Counted from the first letter of the stretch, positions 36,102-46,720 are shown. The stretch: DNA of 64,000 nt from Syntrophomonas sp. DTU019 (GCA_913757435.1 CAJYDM010000007.1:10647-74646); one strand, 5' to 3'. The notes: generated from the sequence alone by a model not told the origin. A program made the numbers and translations.

Positions 36102-38879
36102 ATGGCAAAAGGCAAATATGACGCGACCCTGAATCTACCCCAGACCGCTTTTCCCATGCGGGCCAACCTGCCCACCCGCGAGCCTGAAATCCTGGATTAC
36201 TGGGAAAAGATCGGTATCTACCAGAAGGTGCAGGCCAAGAACCACGGCCGCCCCACCTTCATTCTGCATGACGGGCCGCCCTATGCCAACGGACACATAC
36301 ACGTGGGCCATACTTTAAACAAGGTATTGAAGGACATAATCGTCAAATACAAATCCATGTCCGGATTTGACTCCCCATACGTGCCGGGTTGGGATACCCA
36401 TGGGCTGCCCATCGAACAGCAGGCCATCAAAGCCCTGGGACTGGACCGCCACCGCACCGATGTGGTCGAATTTCGCGAACACTGCAGACAATACGCTTTG
36501 AAATTCATAGACATCCAGCGCCAGGAGTTCAAGCGTCTGGGGGTCAGGGGCGACTGGGAGAATCCCTACTTGACCCTGAATCCGGTGTTTGAATCGGTGC
36601 AGATCCAGGTTTTCGGCGCCATGGCCAGCAAGGGCTACATCTATAAAGGCCTGAAGCCGGTGTACTGGTGCGGCGACTGCGAGACCGCCCTGGCCGAGGC
36701 CGAGGTGGAATACGGCGATAAGGTTTCGCCCTCCATTTATGTAAAATTCCCGATCAAGGACGGCAAAGGGATCTTGCCCCAGGATGCCTTCGTTATCATC
36801 TGGACCACCACCCCCTGGACCCTGCCGGCCAACACCGGTATCTCTTTACATCCCGACTATGAGTATGTGATGGTCCTGGTAAACAAAGAAAAATATGTAC
36901 TGGCCAAAGGTTTGTTGGAACAGGTCAGCCAGGAGTTGGGCTGGCAGGATGCCCAAATCATGCAGGAATTCGTGGGCAAAGAACTGGAACTGGTGGTTTG
37001 TTCCCATCCGTTCTTCCAGCGCGACTCCCTGGTCATCCTGGGCGAGCATGTCACCCTGGAGGCTGGTACCGGCTGCGTGCACACCGCTCCCGGTCATGGT
37101 GAAGAGGACTTCTATGTTGGCAGGATCTACGGCCTGGAAGTGATTTCGCCGATCGACAACAGCGGCCGTTTCACCGCTGAAGCCCAGCAGTTTGAAGGGC
37201 TATACGTGCACAATGCCAACGATGCAGTGATTGAGGAACTGAAGAAACAGAATATGCTCCTGAGAACCGCCAAGATTGAGCACCAATATGCCCATTGCTG
37301 GCGCTGCAAGAGCCCTATCATCTACCGCGCCACCGAGCAGTGGTTCGCCTCCATCGACGGCTTCCGCGAAAACGCCCTCAAAGCCATCGATGGAGTACGC
37401 TGGATCCCCTCCTGGGGCCGGGAGCGCATATATAACATGGTGCGCGACCGCGGCGACTGGTGTATTTCCCGGCAGCGCACCTGGGGGGTTCCGATTCCCA
37501 TCTTTTACTGTGACGACTGCGGCGAGACAGTCATTAACGATCAGACCATCGACCGCATCAGCAAGATATTTGCCCAGGAGGGTTCTAATGCCTGGTTCAT
37601 CAGATCGGCTGCTGAGCTGCTGCCTGAAGGCTATGTATGCGCGGGCTGCGGCGGCGCTAATTTCCGCAAAGAGACCGACATCATGGACGTTTGGTTCGAT
37701 TCCGGCTCCAGCCATATGGCAGTCTTGGATGTTTATGAAGACTTGAGCTGGCCAGCAGACATGTATCTTGAAGGCAGTGACCAGCATCGCGGCTGGTTCA
37801 ATTCCTCGCTGTCCACTGCGGTGGCAGTGCGCGGTACCGCACCTTACCGTCAGGTCTTGACCCACGGCTTTACAGTCGACGAACAGGGAAGGAAAATGAG
37901 CAAATCGCTGGGCAATGTCATCGATCCCCTGATTATGATTAATGAGATGGGCGCCGACATCTTGCGCCTGTGGGTGTCTTCGGCTGATTACCGCAACGAC
38001 GTGTCGGTTTCTAAGAACATCATCAAACAGAGCGCTGAAGCGTACCGCAAGATCCGCAACACCTGCCGCTTCATTTTGAGCAACTTATTTGACTTTGACC
38101 CTGCCCAAGATCAGGTGGCTTATGAACAGCTGACCGACCTGGATCGCTGGGCTTTGCTGAAATTGGACCAACTGGTGCGCCGCGTGACCAGCGCCTATGA
38201 GGAATACGAATTCCATGTGGTGTTCCATTCGGTCCACAATTTCTGCACTATCGAACTGAGCAATATCTACTTTGATATCCTCAAGGATAAGCTGTACTGC
38301 TCAAATCCCAATGATCCCGAGCGCCGGGCTTCACAGACCGTGCTCTATAAACTGATCAACGACCTGGTGGTAATGCTCACTCCAGTGTTAGCCTTCACCA
38401 GCGAAGAAATTTGGTCATACTTGCGGCGCGATGGGCAGCCGGAAAGTGTGCAGCTTCTGGAATGGCCGCAGCCGGATGACAGATACCAGGATGAGGCTTT
38501 GGAAAAACGCATGGACATGGTATTAAGCGCCCGCGAGGTGGTCACCAAAGCTCTGGAAGAGGCCCGCGCCCAGAAGGTTATCGGCCATTCCCTGGCAGCG
38601 GCTATCACCATTTTTATAAGTCCAGCTTGGGAACAGGTCTTTGCTGGGATGTCAGACATCGAAAAAATGTTCATCGTCTCCAGCTGCACCGTAGTGCCGA
38701 CCATTGCGCCACCGCTCAATGCCGTTACCCTGGAGCATGTCTCCGGGCTGTCAGTATCCGTCGAACCGGCCCCAGGCGAGAAATGCGAGCGCTGCTGGAT
38801 AATCGACACCAGCGTAGGAAAGAACAGTGAGCACAGCAGTCTTTGCCAGCGCTGTGCTGCGGTCATCGACAGCCTGTAA
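36102..38879 (+). CDS. ileS: Isoleucyl-tRNA synthetase
   Basis: ATG at 36102 after GAGGTG. HIGH motif PPYANGHIHVGH, KMSKS, and a C-terminal zinc motif CERCW...CQRC. Confidence 0.95.
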   Translation: MAKGKYDATLNLPQTAFPMRANLPTREPEILDYWEKIGIYQKVQAKNHGRPTFILHDGPPYANGHIHVGHTLNKVLKDIIVKYKSMSGFDSPYVPGWDTHGLPIEQQAIKALGLDRHRTDVVEFREHCRQYALKFIDIQRQEFKRLGVRGDWENPYLTLNPVFESVQIQVFGAMASKGYIYKGLKPVYWCGDCETALAEAEVEYGDKVSPSIYVKFPIKDGKGILPQDAFVIIWTTTPWTLPANTGISLHPDYEYVMVLVNKEKYVLAKGLLEQVSQELGWQDAQIMQEFVGKELELVVCSHPFFQRDSLVILGEHVTLEAGTGCVHTAPGHGEEDFYVGRIYGLEVISPIDNSGRFTAEAQQFEGLYVHNANDAVIEELKKQNMLLRTAKIEHQYAHCWRCKSPIIYRATEQWFASIDGFRENALKAIDGVRWIPSWGRERIYNMVRDRGDWCISRQRTWGVPIPIFYCDDCGETVINDQTIDRISKIFAQEGSNAWFIRSAAELLPEGYVCAGCGGANFRKETDIMDVWFDSGSSHMAVLDVYEDLSWPADMYLEGSDQHRGWFNSSLSTAVAVRGTAPYRQVLTHGFTVDEQGRKMSKSLGNVIDPLIMINEMGADILRLWVSSADYRNDVSVSKNIIKQSAEAYRKIRNTCRFILSNLFDFDPAQDQVAYEQLTDLDRWALLKLDQLVRRVTSAYEEYEFHVVFHSVHNFCTIELSNIYFDILKDKLYCSNPNDPERRASQTVLYKLINDLVVMLTPVLAFTSEEIWSYLRRDGQPESVQLLEWPQPDDRYQDEALEKRMDMVLSAREVVTKALEEARAQKVIGHSLAAAITIFISPAWEQVFAGMSDIEKMFIVSSCTVVPTIAPPLNAVTLEHVSGLSVSVEPAPGEKCERCWIIDTSVGKNSEHSSLCQRCAAVIDSL

Positions 38880-39131
38880 ATACGGGATATGGTAGATGCG
38901 GGGAGCCCTGGAGATGACCTGACAGGTAAGATTGCCTGGAAGGGTAAGCCAGCCCAGTGAATGGTTATGGACAACTGCCAGTTATGGATAGATAAAACCA
39001 CCCCAACAGGGGTATCACTATTAAGACCGGGGGCATATCCATCCTGGCCTGGGAGCAACATCAACTTAAGTACTTGTTGTATGGGGCAAGACCTCATCCC
39101 CCATAAAGCCATCAATAAGCAGGAGGACACC

Positions 39132-39413
39132 ATGGAAGAAAGCAACCGCTTGATTATCACCGTCCTGGGCCATGACCGGGTTGGGATAATATATAGCATC
39201 TCCGGGATTCTGGCCAATACTAACGTCAACATCCTGGACATCAGCCAGACCATCCTGCAGGGATTCTTCACTATGGTGATGGTGGTCGATTTTACCGGTG
39301 CCACCGTGGGGTTGGATGAATTGAAACAACTCCTGGACCAGAAGGGACAGGAACTTGGCCTGCAGATCACCGTGCAGCACGAAGACATCTTTCGCTACAT
39401 GCACCGCATCTAA
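39132..39413 (+). CDS. ACT-domain protein (UPF0237 family)
   Basis: ATG at 39132 after AGGAGG. LIITVLGHDRVGIIYSISGILANTNVNILDISQT matches the ACT fold. Confidence 0.8.
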   Translation: MEESNRLIITVLGHDRVGIIYSISGILANTNVNILDISQTILQGFFTMVMVVDFTGATVGLDELKQLLDQKGQELGLQITVQHEDIFRYMHRI

Positions 39414-39491
39414 GGGCGGGTGTCTTGCGACACTGCGACATTAGGAGACGGCGGCTCTCCTGTGTCGCACGCATCGCTCGCCGATAAAACG

Positions 39492-40237
39492 ACCCTGTGT
39501 GTTATTTGAGTAAGATATGCGACTATGCGACGGGAAGGGGATACACGGGGACTGTCCCTCTTGTGTCGCGAAATGTAATCAACTAATAAGGGAAACCAGG
39601 AATTTCCCCAAGTATGAAATGTCCCGTGTGTCATCATAGTTTCGCTCTACTAACTCTACTAAAGAGCTATTAGGTAATAGAGGGGGCCACACCATTAAGG
39701 CACGGGGACACTCTGAAGAGTATTCCTGAAGATTGGAATGTCCCCGAATATGAATTGATTCATTTGTGACTCGAAAAATGACACAATGAAAGCGTCCCCG
39801 TGTGTCACTAATGTCGTTCTACTAACTCTACTAAAGAGCTATTAGGTAATAGAGGGGGCCACACCATTAAGGCACGGGGATACTCTGAAGAGTATTCCTG
39901 AAGATTGGAATGTCTTCGAGCATGAATTGATTCATTTATGACTTGAAAAATGACACAATGAAAGCGTCCCCCTGTGTCACACCCTGTGTGTTATTTGAGT
40001 AAGATATGCGACTATGCGACGGGAAGGGGATACACGGGGACTGTCCCTCCTGTGTCGCGAAATGTAATCAACTAATAAGGGAAACCACCATAGAGTGATA
40101 CAGAGGGACTGTCCCCTATGTGTCCCGGAGGAATGTCGCCAGTATAGGAGTATTCCCGAAGATTGGAATGTCCTAGAGCATGAATTGATTCATTTATGAC
40201 TTGAAAAATGACACAATGAAAGCGTCCCCCTGTGTCA
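39492..40237. repeat. Composite repeat array: module X (107 bp, two copies) and module Y (~170 bp, 2.5 copies)
   Basis: X occupies 39492-39598 and 39981-40087 with one mismatch. Y occupies 39638-39808 and 39811-39980, and its 3' half is repeated at 40150-40237. Every Y copy ends in the hairpin TGACACAATGAAAGCGTCCCC(G/C)TGTGTCA. Confidence 0.9.
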
Positions 40238-40252
40238 TTAAGGAGGGTGGGT

Positions 40253-41620
40253 ATGCAGTTTGCGGTAAGCAGAGAAGAAATTTTAGAGACCATTAATATG
40301 GTGCAGGGTCAGAATCTGGACATCCGCACCATTACTATGGGCATCAATCTGCTGGATTGTCGGGAGGAGAACGGCATTAGGACCGGCCGCCGGGTCTATG
40401 ACAAGATCACCCGACTGGCCAGGGATCTGGTCCGAGTAGGAGAAGAGATCCAGCGTGATTATGGTATACCCATTATTAATAAACGCATTTCCGTCACTCC
40501 CATTGCCATGCTGGTCAACGGCTTCAATGAGGACGACATCTATAAAATAGCCCTGGAATTAGACCGGGCCGCAGCCGAGGTAGGGGTCAATTTCCTGGGG
40601 GGCTTCTCCGCTCTAGTGCACAAAGGTTACAACAGCGGCGACCACAGCCTTATTCAATGCATCCCCCGGGTATTAGCCGGTACTGAGCGGGTATGCTCCT
40701 CGGTTAACGTAGGGACCACCAAATCAGGGATAAACATGGATGCCGTCTATGATATGGGACAGATAATAAAGCGGACTGCCGAGGCCACCGCCGATCGCGA
40801 CGGCCTGGGCTGCGCCAAGCTGGTGGTGTTTTGCAACGCCGCCGAAGACAATCCTTTTATGGCCGGGGCATTCCACGGTCCGGGCGAGCCGGAGACCGTC
40901 CTCAATATAGGCATCAGCGGCCCCGGAGTCGTAGCCACGGTAGTAAAAAACAATCCTGGCTGCGATCTGGGCGAATTGGCCCATCTCATTAAAAACACCG
41001 CTTTCAAGATCACCCGCACCGGCGAACTGGTGGGCCGGGTGGCTTCTAAACGACTGGGAGTACCATTCGGTATTTTAGACCTCTCACTGGCGCCTACCCC
41101 CGCAGTGGGGGATAGTGTGGCTGACATCCTCGAGGCCATGGGCCTGGAACGGGTGGGTGGACCGGGCAGCACCGCGGCTCTGGCCATGCTCAACGACGCC
41201 GTCAAGAAAGGCGGGGCTATGGCTTCGTCCTATGTGGGCGGGCTCTCCGGAGCCTTCATTCCGGTCAGCGAAGACGCCGGCATGATCCGGGCCGCAGCCG
41301 AAGGTGCTTTGAACATCGAGAAATTGGAGGCTATGACCTCGGTATGCTCGGTAGGTCTGGACATGATAGCCATACCCGGTGATACCAACGCCTGCACCAT
41401 CTCAGCCATAATCGCCGATGAGGCCGCCATTGGCATGATCAACCGCAAGACCACGGCTGTACGCATCATACCCGCACCGGGCAAGCATCCCGGGGACTGG
41501 GTGGAGTACGGCGGCCTTTTGGGGCGGGCCCCGGTTATGCCGGTTAACAATTCCTCGGCGGAGCATTTCATCGCCCGCAAGGGCAGGATCCCCGCACCGA
41601 TTCATTCCCTTAACAATTAA
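40253..41620 (+). CDS. UPF0210 (DUF711) family protein
   Basis: ATG at 40253 after AAGGAGGG. About 455 aa, and [36 protein letters not shown] is the typical N-terminus of this family. Confidence 0.8.
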   Translation: MQFAVSREEILETINMVQGQNLDIRTITMGINLLDCREENGIRTGRRVYDKITRLARDLVRVGEEIQRDYGIPIINKRISVTPIAMLVNGFNEDDIYKIALELDRAAAEVGVNFLGGFSALVHKGYNSGDHSLIQCIPRVLAGTERVCSSVNVGTTKSGINMDAVYDMGQIIKRTAEATADRDGLGCAKLVVFCNAAEDNPFMAGAFHGPGEPETVLNIGISGPGVVATVVKNNPGCDLGELAHLIKNTAFKITRTGELVGRVASKRLGVPFGILDLSLAPTPAVGDSVADILEAMGLERVGGPGSTAALAMLNDAVKKGGAMASSYVGGLSGAFIPVSEDAGMIRAAAEGALNIEKLEAMTSVCSVGLDMIAIPGDTNACTISAIIADEAAIGMINRKTTAVRIIPAPGKHPGDWVEYGGLLGRAPVMPVNNSSAEHFIARKGRIPAPIHSLNN

Positions 41621-41675
41621 ATGGCGTATTGAAGCTGACCAACCTGGAATAATATATATACAGGTGAGGTGAAAA

Positions 41676-41996
41676 GTGAAGCACACTGATGAGGATCGCG
41701 ATCAACAGCTCCAGCTGCTTCAGAACCTGAACCGCAAAATGGAGGAAATGGTCTCAACCATGCACAAAATAGGGGTGGCGGAATACGTAGAGATGCTGCG
41801 CCATCCCTGGCGGCTTTTTTGGATCAACTTTTGGTCTGGAGTGGCCCGCGGACTGGGCATGGCTATAGGTTTCACCATCCTGGCGGCTCTGGTCCTGTAC
41901 CTGTTGCAGCACATTATCCTCCTCAATTTGCCGGTGATCGGCGATTTTATCGCTGACGTCGTGCAGATCGTGCAGAGACAGTTGGGGATCAATTAA
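41676..41996 (+). CDS. Small membrane protein (hypothetical)
   Basis: GTG start after AGGTGAGGTG, a charged N-terminus and two TM helices. Confidence 0.55.
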   Translation: MKHTDEDRDQQLQLLQNLNRKMEEMVSTMHKIGVAEYVEMLRHPWRLFWINFWSGVARGLGMAIGFTILAALVLYLLQHIILLNLPVIGDFIADVVQIVQRQLGIN

Positions 41997-42033
41997 GCGG
42001 GTTTGTATCAACCTTGAAGGTGAGGAAATAGCC

Positions 42034-42513
42034 ATGAATCAGATCGATTATTACCAGGCTTTATTATCCCGGAAAGCGGATATCGAGGACCAGATCGCTC
42101 GTCGGCGCGACATCCTGCAGATGCCGATGTCGGAGTACATGGACGAGCTGTCCTTCTATGACCAGCATCCCGGTGATGTGGCTACCGATACTTACGAGCG
42201 CGAAAAAGAGGCCGGGCTTTTAGAAATGCTGGAATTCGAACTGGAGAAAGTCAATGACGCTTTAATCAATTATCAGAACGGTACTTACGGCACCTGTGAG
42301 CAGTGCGGCCAGCCCATTGAACCGGCCCGCCTGCAGCGAGTGGTCAACACCACGCTGTGCGCCCATTGTGCTCGCGAACACAGCCACACTTATACCCGAC
42401 CGGCGGAGGAGGGGGTCATACATCCCGGGCGGATGTATGACACCGCTTTTGATATAGCCGGCTACGATTATGATGAATACCAGAACACCCTGCACAACCC
42501 GGATCCGGATTGA
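42034..42513 (+). CDS. YteA-like DksA/TraR C4 zinc-finger protein
   Basis: CEQCGQPIEPARL...LCAHCA zinc finger and an acidic helical N-terminus. Confidence 0.75.
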   Translation: MNQIDYYQALLSRKADIEDQIARRRDILQMPMSEYMDELSFYDQHPGDVATDTYEREKEAGLLEMLEFELEKVNDALINYQNGTYGTCEQCGQPIEPARLQRVVNTTLCAHCAREHSHTYTRPAEEGVIHPGRMYDTAFDIAGYDYDEYQNTLHNPDPD

Positions 42514-42635
42514 GCAGGGGGGAAAGAGAAGAGCATCGGGATGGTTCGTATTATGGCCGCCCGGATTGGTCAGGGGTGAGGCGTTCAGAGCCAAAAAGCG
42601 CCCGCCGCTTTATGGACCAAACAGAATTCGGATGG

Positions 42636-42718
42636 GCAGGTGTCAATAATACCAGGCACCATTCCAGTGGAGCAGGTATGAATAGTGCCAGGCACCATTC
42701 CGGTGGGGCAGGTGTGAA
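42636..42718. repeat. 36-bp tandem repeat, about 2.3 copies
   Basis: GCAGGT starts at 42636, 42672 and 42708. The unit is GCAGGTRTSAATARTRCCAGGCACCATTCCRGTGGR. Confidence 0.8.
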
Positions 42719-43208
42719 GGTTTGGCGCAATGAAGCATTTATTTGACCGACTCCGCATTCAGGGCAGGCCTGAAAGGACGAACCGCTTCAAACGTAAAAT
42801 CAGAATAAAACCTGTTGGCCTTGGCAGTGTTAGGTATCATTGGCAGTGTAAGATAGTATCATTGTCCAGGGGGCGGTAGCACTGGTGAAGCCGATCGGGG
42901 GGCAGATCTGGCAGTGCGAAGCGTAACTTTGTTGGCGGTGGCAGTTGAATAAAAGTTCACCACAGCCGGGGCCTGGTCAGGCGGCCGGTGCTTTTCAGCG
43001 ACTAGTCGCCCTGGGACTGACAAGAGGAATTCCTGGGCACCATCCAGCTTATGGCTGTAAAACTATGCAAATGTCGTTTTCTAGTCCAACCCGGGGGGAT
43101 ATCTAGAATTTTGGCTGAAGCCCGGCATTGCTAAACTTTCCCGGCTGTGTAATAGTATTGATAACCAGTCTGGGATTGGCAATACATCATGGAAAAGGAG
43201 GACCGGAC

Positions 43209-44411
43209 GTGAAAATCGGCATTTTCACCGATAGTTACAAACCTTATACCAGCGGTGTAGTTACTTCAATAAATACCTTCAAACATGAACTTGAAAAACT
43301 AGGGCACCAGATTTATATATTTGCCCCCAATTATCCCAACTATGTGGAAACCGATGATCAGGTTTACCGCTATTATTCTGTGCCAGCGCCGACCAATCCG
43401 GATTTCGCTCTGGCCATACCGGTTTTCCCGGGTATGAAATACTTGTTGCGCAAACTGGATTTGGATCTTATTCATGTACATTCTCCGTTTACTATGGGGC
43501 GGGTAGGGCTGCACTACGCACGCTTATTCAAACTGCCCATCGTGTTCACCTACCATACCCTGTACGACCAGTATGTGCATTATCTGCCGGTCGGGCAAGA
43601 GCTGGCCCGGGAGATGACCATCAAATTCAGCAACAATTTTTGCCGTCAGGTGGACCATCTCATCGTACCCAGTTCGGAGGTAAGCAACATACTGTCCAGC
43701 TACGCCATCCCCACCCCTATCTCGGTAATTCCTACCGGGGTGCCGGTGCAGCTCTTCAACAACGCCCGGGTAGAGGGAAACGTGTTGCGGGAGCGCTATG
43801 CCATCCCTGCAGAAAACAAGATCCTTCTCAACGTAGGGCGACTGACTAAGGAGAAAAACCTTGAGTTCCTGATAAAGTGCTTTGCCCAGGTGCATCAGCA
43901 GAAGCCGCAGACTACTCTGGTCATTACTGCGCAGGGGCCTCAGGAAACGGCTTTAAAGCAGCTCGTTTTAGACCTCGGCCTGAACCTGGAGCGGGATGTG
44001 ATCTTTACCGGGGCGTTGCCGTTTGAAACCCTGATCCATGTATATTTCAGCGCCGACCTGTTCGTGTTCTCCTCCATGACCGAGACCCAGGGGTTGGTAT
44101 TAGTGGAAGCCATGGCCGCCGGTCTGCCGGTGGTGGCCATCAAAGCCTATGGGGTTTTGGATATGGTAGATCATGGCATCAACGGCCTGTTGACGGAATG
44201 CGACCAGGAGGCATTCACCGCTGCCATTCTCAAGATGCTAAACGATGACAAGGCGTATCAGTATTTCCGCCACAACGCCTTGATAAAGGCCGAGGAGGTC
44301 TCTTCACCCAATATGGCTCTGCAATTGGAAAGGGTTTATCAGGATCTGACCAATCGCAACATTCACCGCCGCAGTCGGGTCTACGACTGGCTGTCACGCA
44401 TCGCGCCCTAG
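43209..44411 (+). CDS. GT4-family glycosyltransferase (glycolipid-synthase-like)
   Basis: GTG at 43209 after AAGGAGG. KIGIFTDSYKPYTSGVVTSINTFKHELEKLGHQIYIF resembles diacylglycerol glucosyltransferases. It also has the E-x7-E region (SMTETQGLVLVEAMAAG). Confidence 0.75.
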   Translation: MKIGIFTDSYKPYTSGVVTSINTFKHELEKLGHQIYIFAPNYPNYVETDDQVYRYYSVPAPTNPDFALAIPVFPGMKYLLRKLDLDLIHVHSPFTMGRVGLHYARLFKLPIVFTYHTLYDQYVHYLPVGQELAREMTIKFSNNFCRQVDHLIVPSSEVSNILSSYAIPTPISVIPTGVPVQLFNNARVEGNVLRERYAIPAENKILLNVGRLTKEKNLEFLIKCFAQVHQQKPQTTLVITAQGPQETALKQLVLDLGLNLERDVIFTGALPFETLIHVYFSADLFVFSSMTETQGLVLVEAMAAGLPVVAIKAYGVLDMVDHGINGLLTECDQEAFTAAILKMLNDDKAYQYFRHNALIKAEEVSSPNMALQLERVYQDLTNRNIHRRSRVYDWLSRIAP

Positions 44412-44649
44412 AAGAGGATGGTATCCTGCCCAAAGGTGAGATAATAGGGATAGTTAAGAGGTGCTGAGTGCACCTCTTTGTTGCGTAAGCGAAGCTAAGC
44501 TAGAATCAATGGTAATCCGCGTTTCCATGGCGCCCCTTAATCATGGCGCACCTTAATATAGTAAGCTGAATCCGGGGTAGAACTAAGCGTAATAAGCGGT
44601 GCGCCGGGCCTACCTCGTTGTTGTGGAAGTGAAGCTATGCGGTAATCGA

Positions 44650-44919
44650 CTAGAAATTATCGCGGCGGAAATACTCGACCAGCAGGATGAGCAATCCAGC
44701 TCCAGCCAGAACCACCCCGGCAACGAACGGCACTCCCAGGAACAGGCTTTGCACCACATCACTGCCGTATTGCGGGGCGCCGAAGATGGCGAACCACAAC
44801 TTGGAGCCGCTCCAACTGGTGATGCTGGGGGCAAACCAGGCCGCCGCCATGATTATGCCCACTACGACAATGATTCCTGACAAGGTAAATACTGACCCGA
44901 TGATGATCTTCTTCATCAT
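44650..44919 (-). CDS. Small membrane protein (hypothetical)
   Basis: MMKKIIIGSVFTLSGIIVVVGIIMAAAW... follows GGGGGAG. There are three predicted TM helices. The ORF-track start at 45039 lacks an SD. Confidence 0.5.
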   Translation of the reverse strand: MMKKIIIGSVFTLSGIIVVVGIIMAAAWFAPSITSWSGSKLWFAIFGAPQYGSDVVQSLFLGVPFVAGVVLAGAGLLILLVEYFRRDNF

Positions 44920-45203
44920 ACTCCCCCTGGTTTGATATATTTCGCGCCCATTGAAGATATTTATCCAAATTATAACAGAGCATGATGAATGCTGCCAGAA
45001 TAAGGCCGACTCTCCCTGAAACGAAAAATCTGTGCTCAATTGATTGGCGAATAAACAGGATCAGCTCGGTTTCGTTCCCCGGGGGTTTGTGTTAAAGTGT
45101 TAATGGACAGCCTCAGGCTTTCAACATATTTTTTAAAACCGGTGTTTAGTCTAGTTTACAATCGGGCTTGTGGCTGCATTTTCTGACATGGGACGAGAGA
45201 ATA

Positions 45204-46577
45204 ATGCTGAGAACAATTGTAGCCATCATGGCTGCCAAGATTATCATTAACGTCAGCCGCCGCTTCGGCAACCAGGGTACGGTTCTGGCCGGGAGGGTGG
45301 CGCTCTGGCTTGACCCCGGCATTCTCAAGAAACTGGCCGCCCGGGTCAGGGGGCAGATTATCATCATCACCGGCACCAACGGCAAGACCACTACCAGCAA
45401 CATGATAGCTCAGATTCTACATGCCAATGGCAATAGCGTGGTGCACAACCAGGCCGGGGCCAATATGCTAAACGGCATCACCACGGCCTTTATTGCCGCC
45501 AGCAACCTTACCGCCAGCCGCCACTGGGACTACGCCCTGTTGGAAACCGATGAAGCTAATGTGGCCCCATTGCTGAATGAGGTCAACGCCAGACAGCTGC
45601 TAATAACCAACTTTTTCCGTGACCAATTAGACCGCTTCGGAGAGTTGGATCGCACCATTCGTCTCATCAGCGAAGGGGTGAAGGGTCGAAATATTCGCCT
45701 GTGGCTCAATGCCGACGACCCCCTGATGACTGGCCTGCCCGTGGAGACCGGGCTGTCCTGCAGCTACTACGGTTTCGCCGCCACCCCTTACGACACCCTG
45801 CACAACCAGGACAGCCGCGAGGGGCGCTACTGTATGTTGTGCGGTGAGGAGATCGAGTATCAGAGCTTTCATTTCGCCCAACTGGGGGCTTTTTACTGTC
45901 CTAATTGCGGCAATACCAACCCGGTGCCGGATTACCTGGGCAGCGACTTGCAGTTGGACCACAACATCACCATGAAGATCAATAACCTGGAGGTTACCAG
46001 CCCGTATCAGGGATTTTACAATGCTTATAACATCTTGGCGGCGGTGGCGGTGAGCAAAGGCATGGGCATAGCTGATGCCGTCATCAGAGAGGCCATCGCC
46101 CGCTTTCAGCCCCAAGCCGGGCGAATGGAACGGTTCACCGTGGGTTCTAAGGAGGCCACCCTGATACTGGTGAAAAATCCCACCGGATTCAACCAGAGCT
46201 TGCAGGCCCTGTTGAACGACCATCGGTCCAAAAACCTTTTCCTGGCCTTAAACGACAATGCCGCTGATGGGCGGGATGTATCCTGGATATGGGACGCAGA
46301 CCTGGAGAGCCTGGCCAGCGCGGGGGCTGGGATAAGCCTGTTGGTGTGTTCCGGACTGCGCAGCGGGGATATGGCGGTGAGAGTGAAATATGCCGGAGTG
46401 GACCAGGAGCTGATTCAAATCGAGAGCGACCTCGACCCGGCAATTCAGAAAGCCCTGTCAGGACCGGGCAAAGTCAACTACATTCTCTCCACCTATACCG
46501 CCTTGTTCCAATGCCGCAAGATACTGCTGCGCCTGCAGGCTGAGTATGCACCGTCCGTCGTGCGGGAACGGGCCTAA
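45204..46577 (+). CDS. murT: Lipid II isoglutaminyl synthase subunit MurT
   Basis: Mur-ligase P-loop GTNGKTTT, the MurT Cys4 ribbon CMLCGEEI...CPNCG, and a DUF1727-like C-terminus. Confidence 0.85.
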   Translation: MLRTIVAIMAAKIIINVSRRFGNQGTVLAGRVALWLDPGILKKLAARVRGQIIIITGTNGKTTTSNMIAQILHANGNSVVHNQAGANMLNGITTAFIAASNLTASRHWDYALLETDEANVAPLLNEVNARQLLITNFFRDQLDRFGELDRTIRLISEGVKGRNIRLWLNADDPLMTGLPVETGLSCSYYGFAATPYDTLHNQDSREGRYCMLCGEEIEYQSFHFAQLGAFYCPNCGNTNPVPDYLGSDLQLDHNITMKINNLEVTSPYQGFYNAYNILAAVAVSKGMGIADAVIREAIARFQPQAGRMERFTVGSKEATLILVKNPTGFNQSLQALLNDHRSKNLFLALNDNAADGRDVSWIWDADLESLASAGAGISLLVCSGLRSGDMAVRVKYAGVDQELIQIESDLDPAIQKALSGPGKVNYILSTYTALFQCRKILLRLQAEYAPSVVRERA

Positions 46578-46597
46578 TGGGACAAGGGACGAGGAGA

Positions 46598-46720
46598 GGG
46601 ACGAGGGGACGGTTCCGCTGTCCCAATGCGGGGACAGATGCGGGCTATTGGCGGCACCGGGACGAGGGGACGGTTCCGCTGTCCTAAATGCGGGGACAGA
46701 TGCGGGCCATTAGCGGCACC
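46598..46720. repeat. 61-62-bp tandem repeat, two copies (GGGAC-rich)
   Basis: Copies occupy 46598-46658 and 46659-46720. Each has GGGGAC...GTCCC...GGGGAC segments that can pair in alternative ways. Confidence 0.85.
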
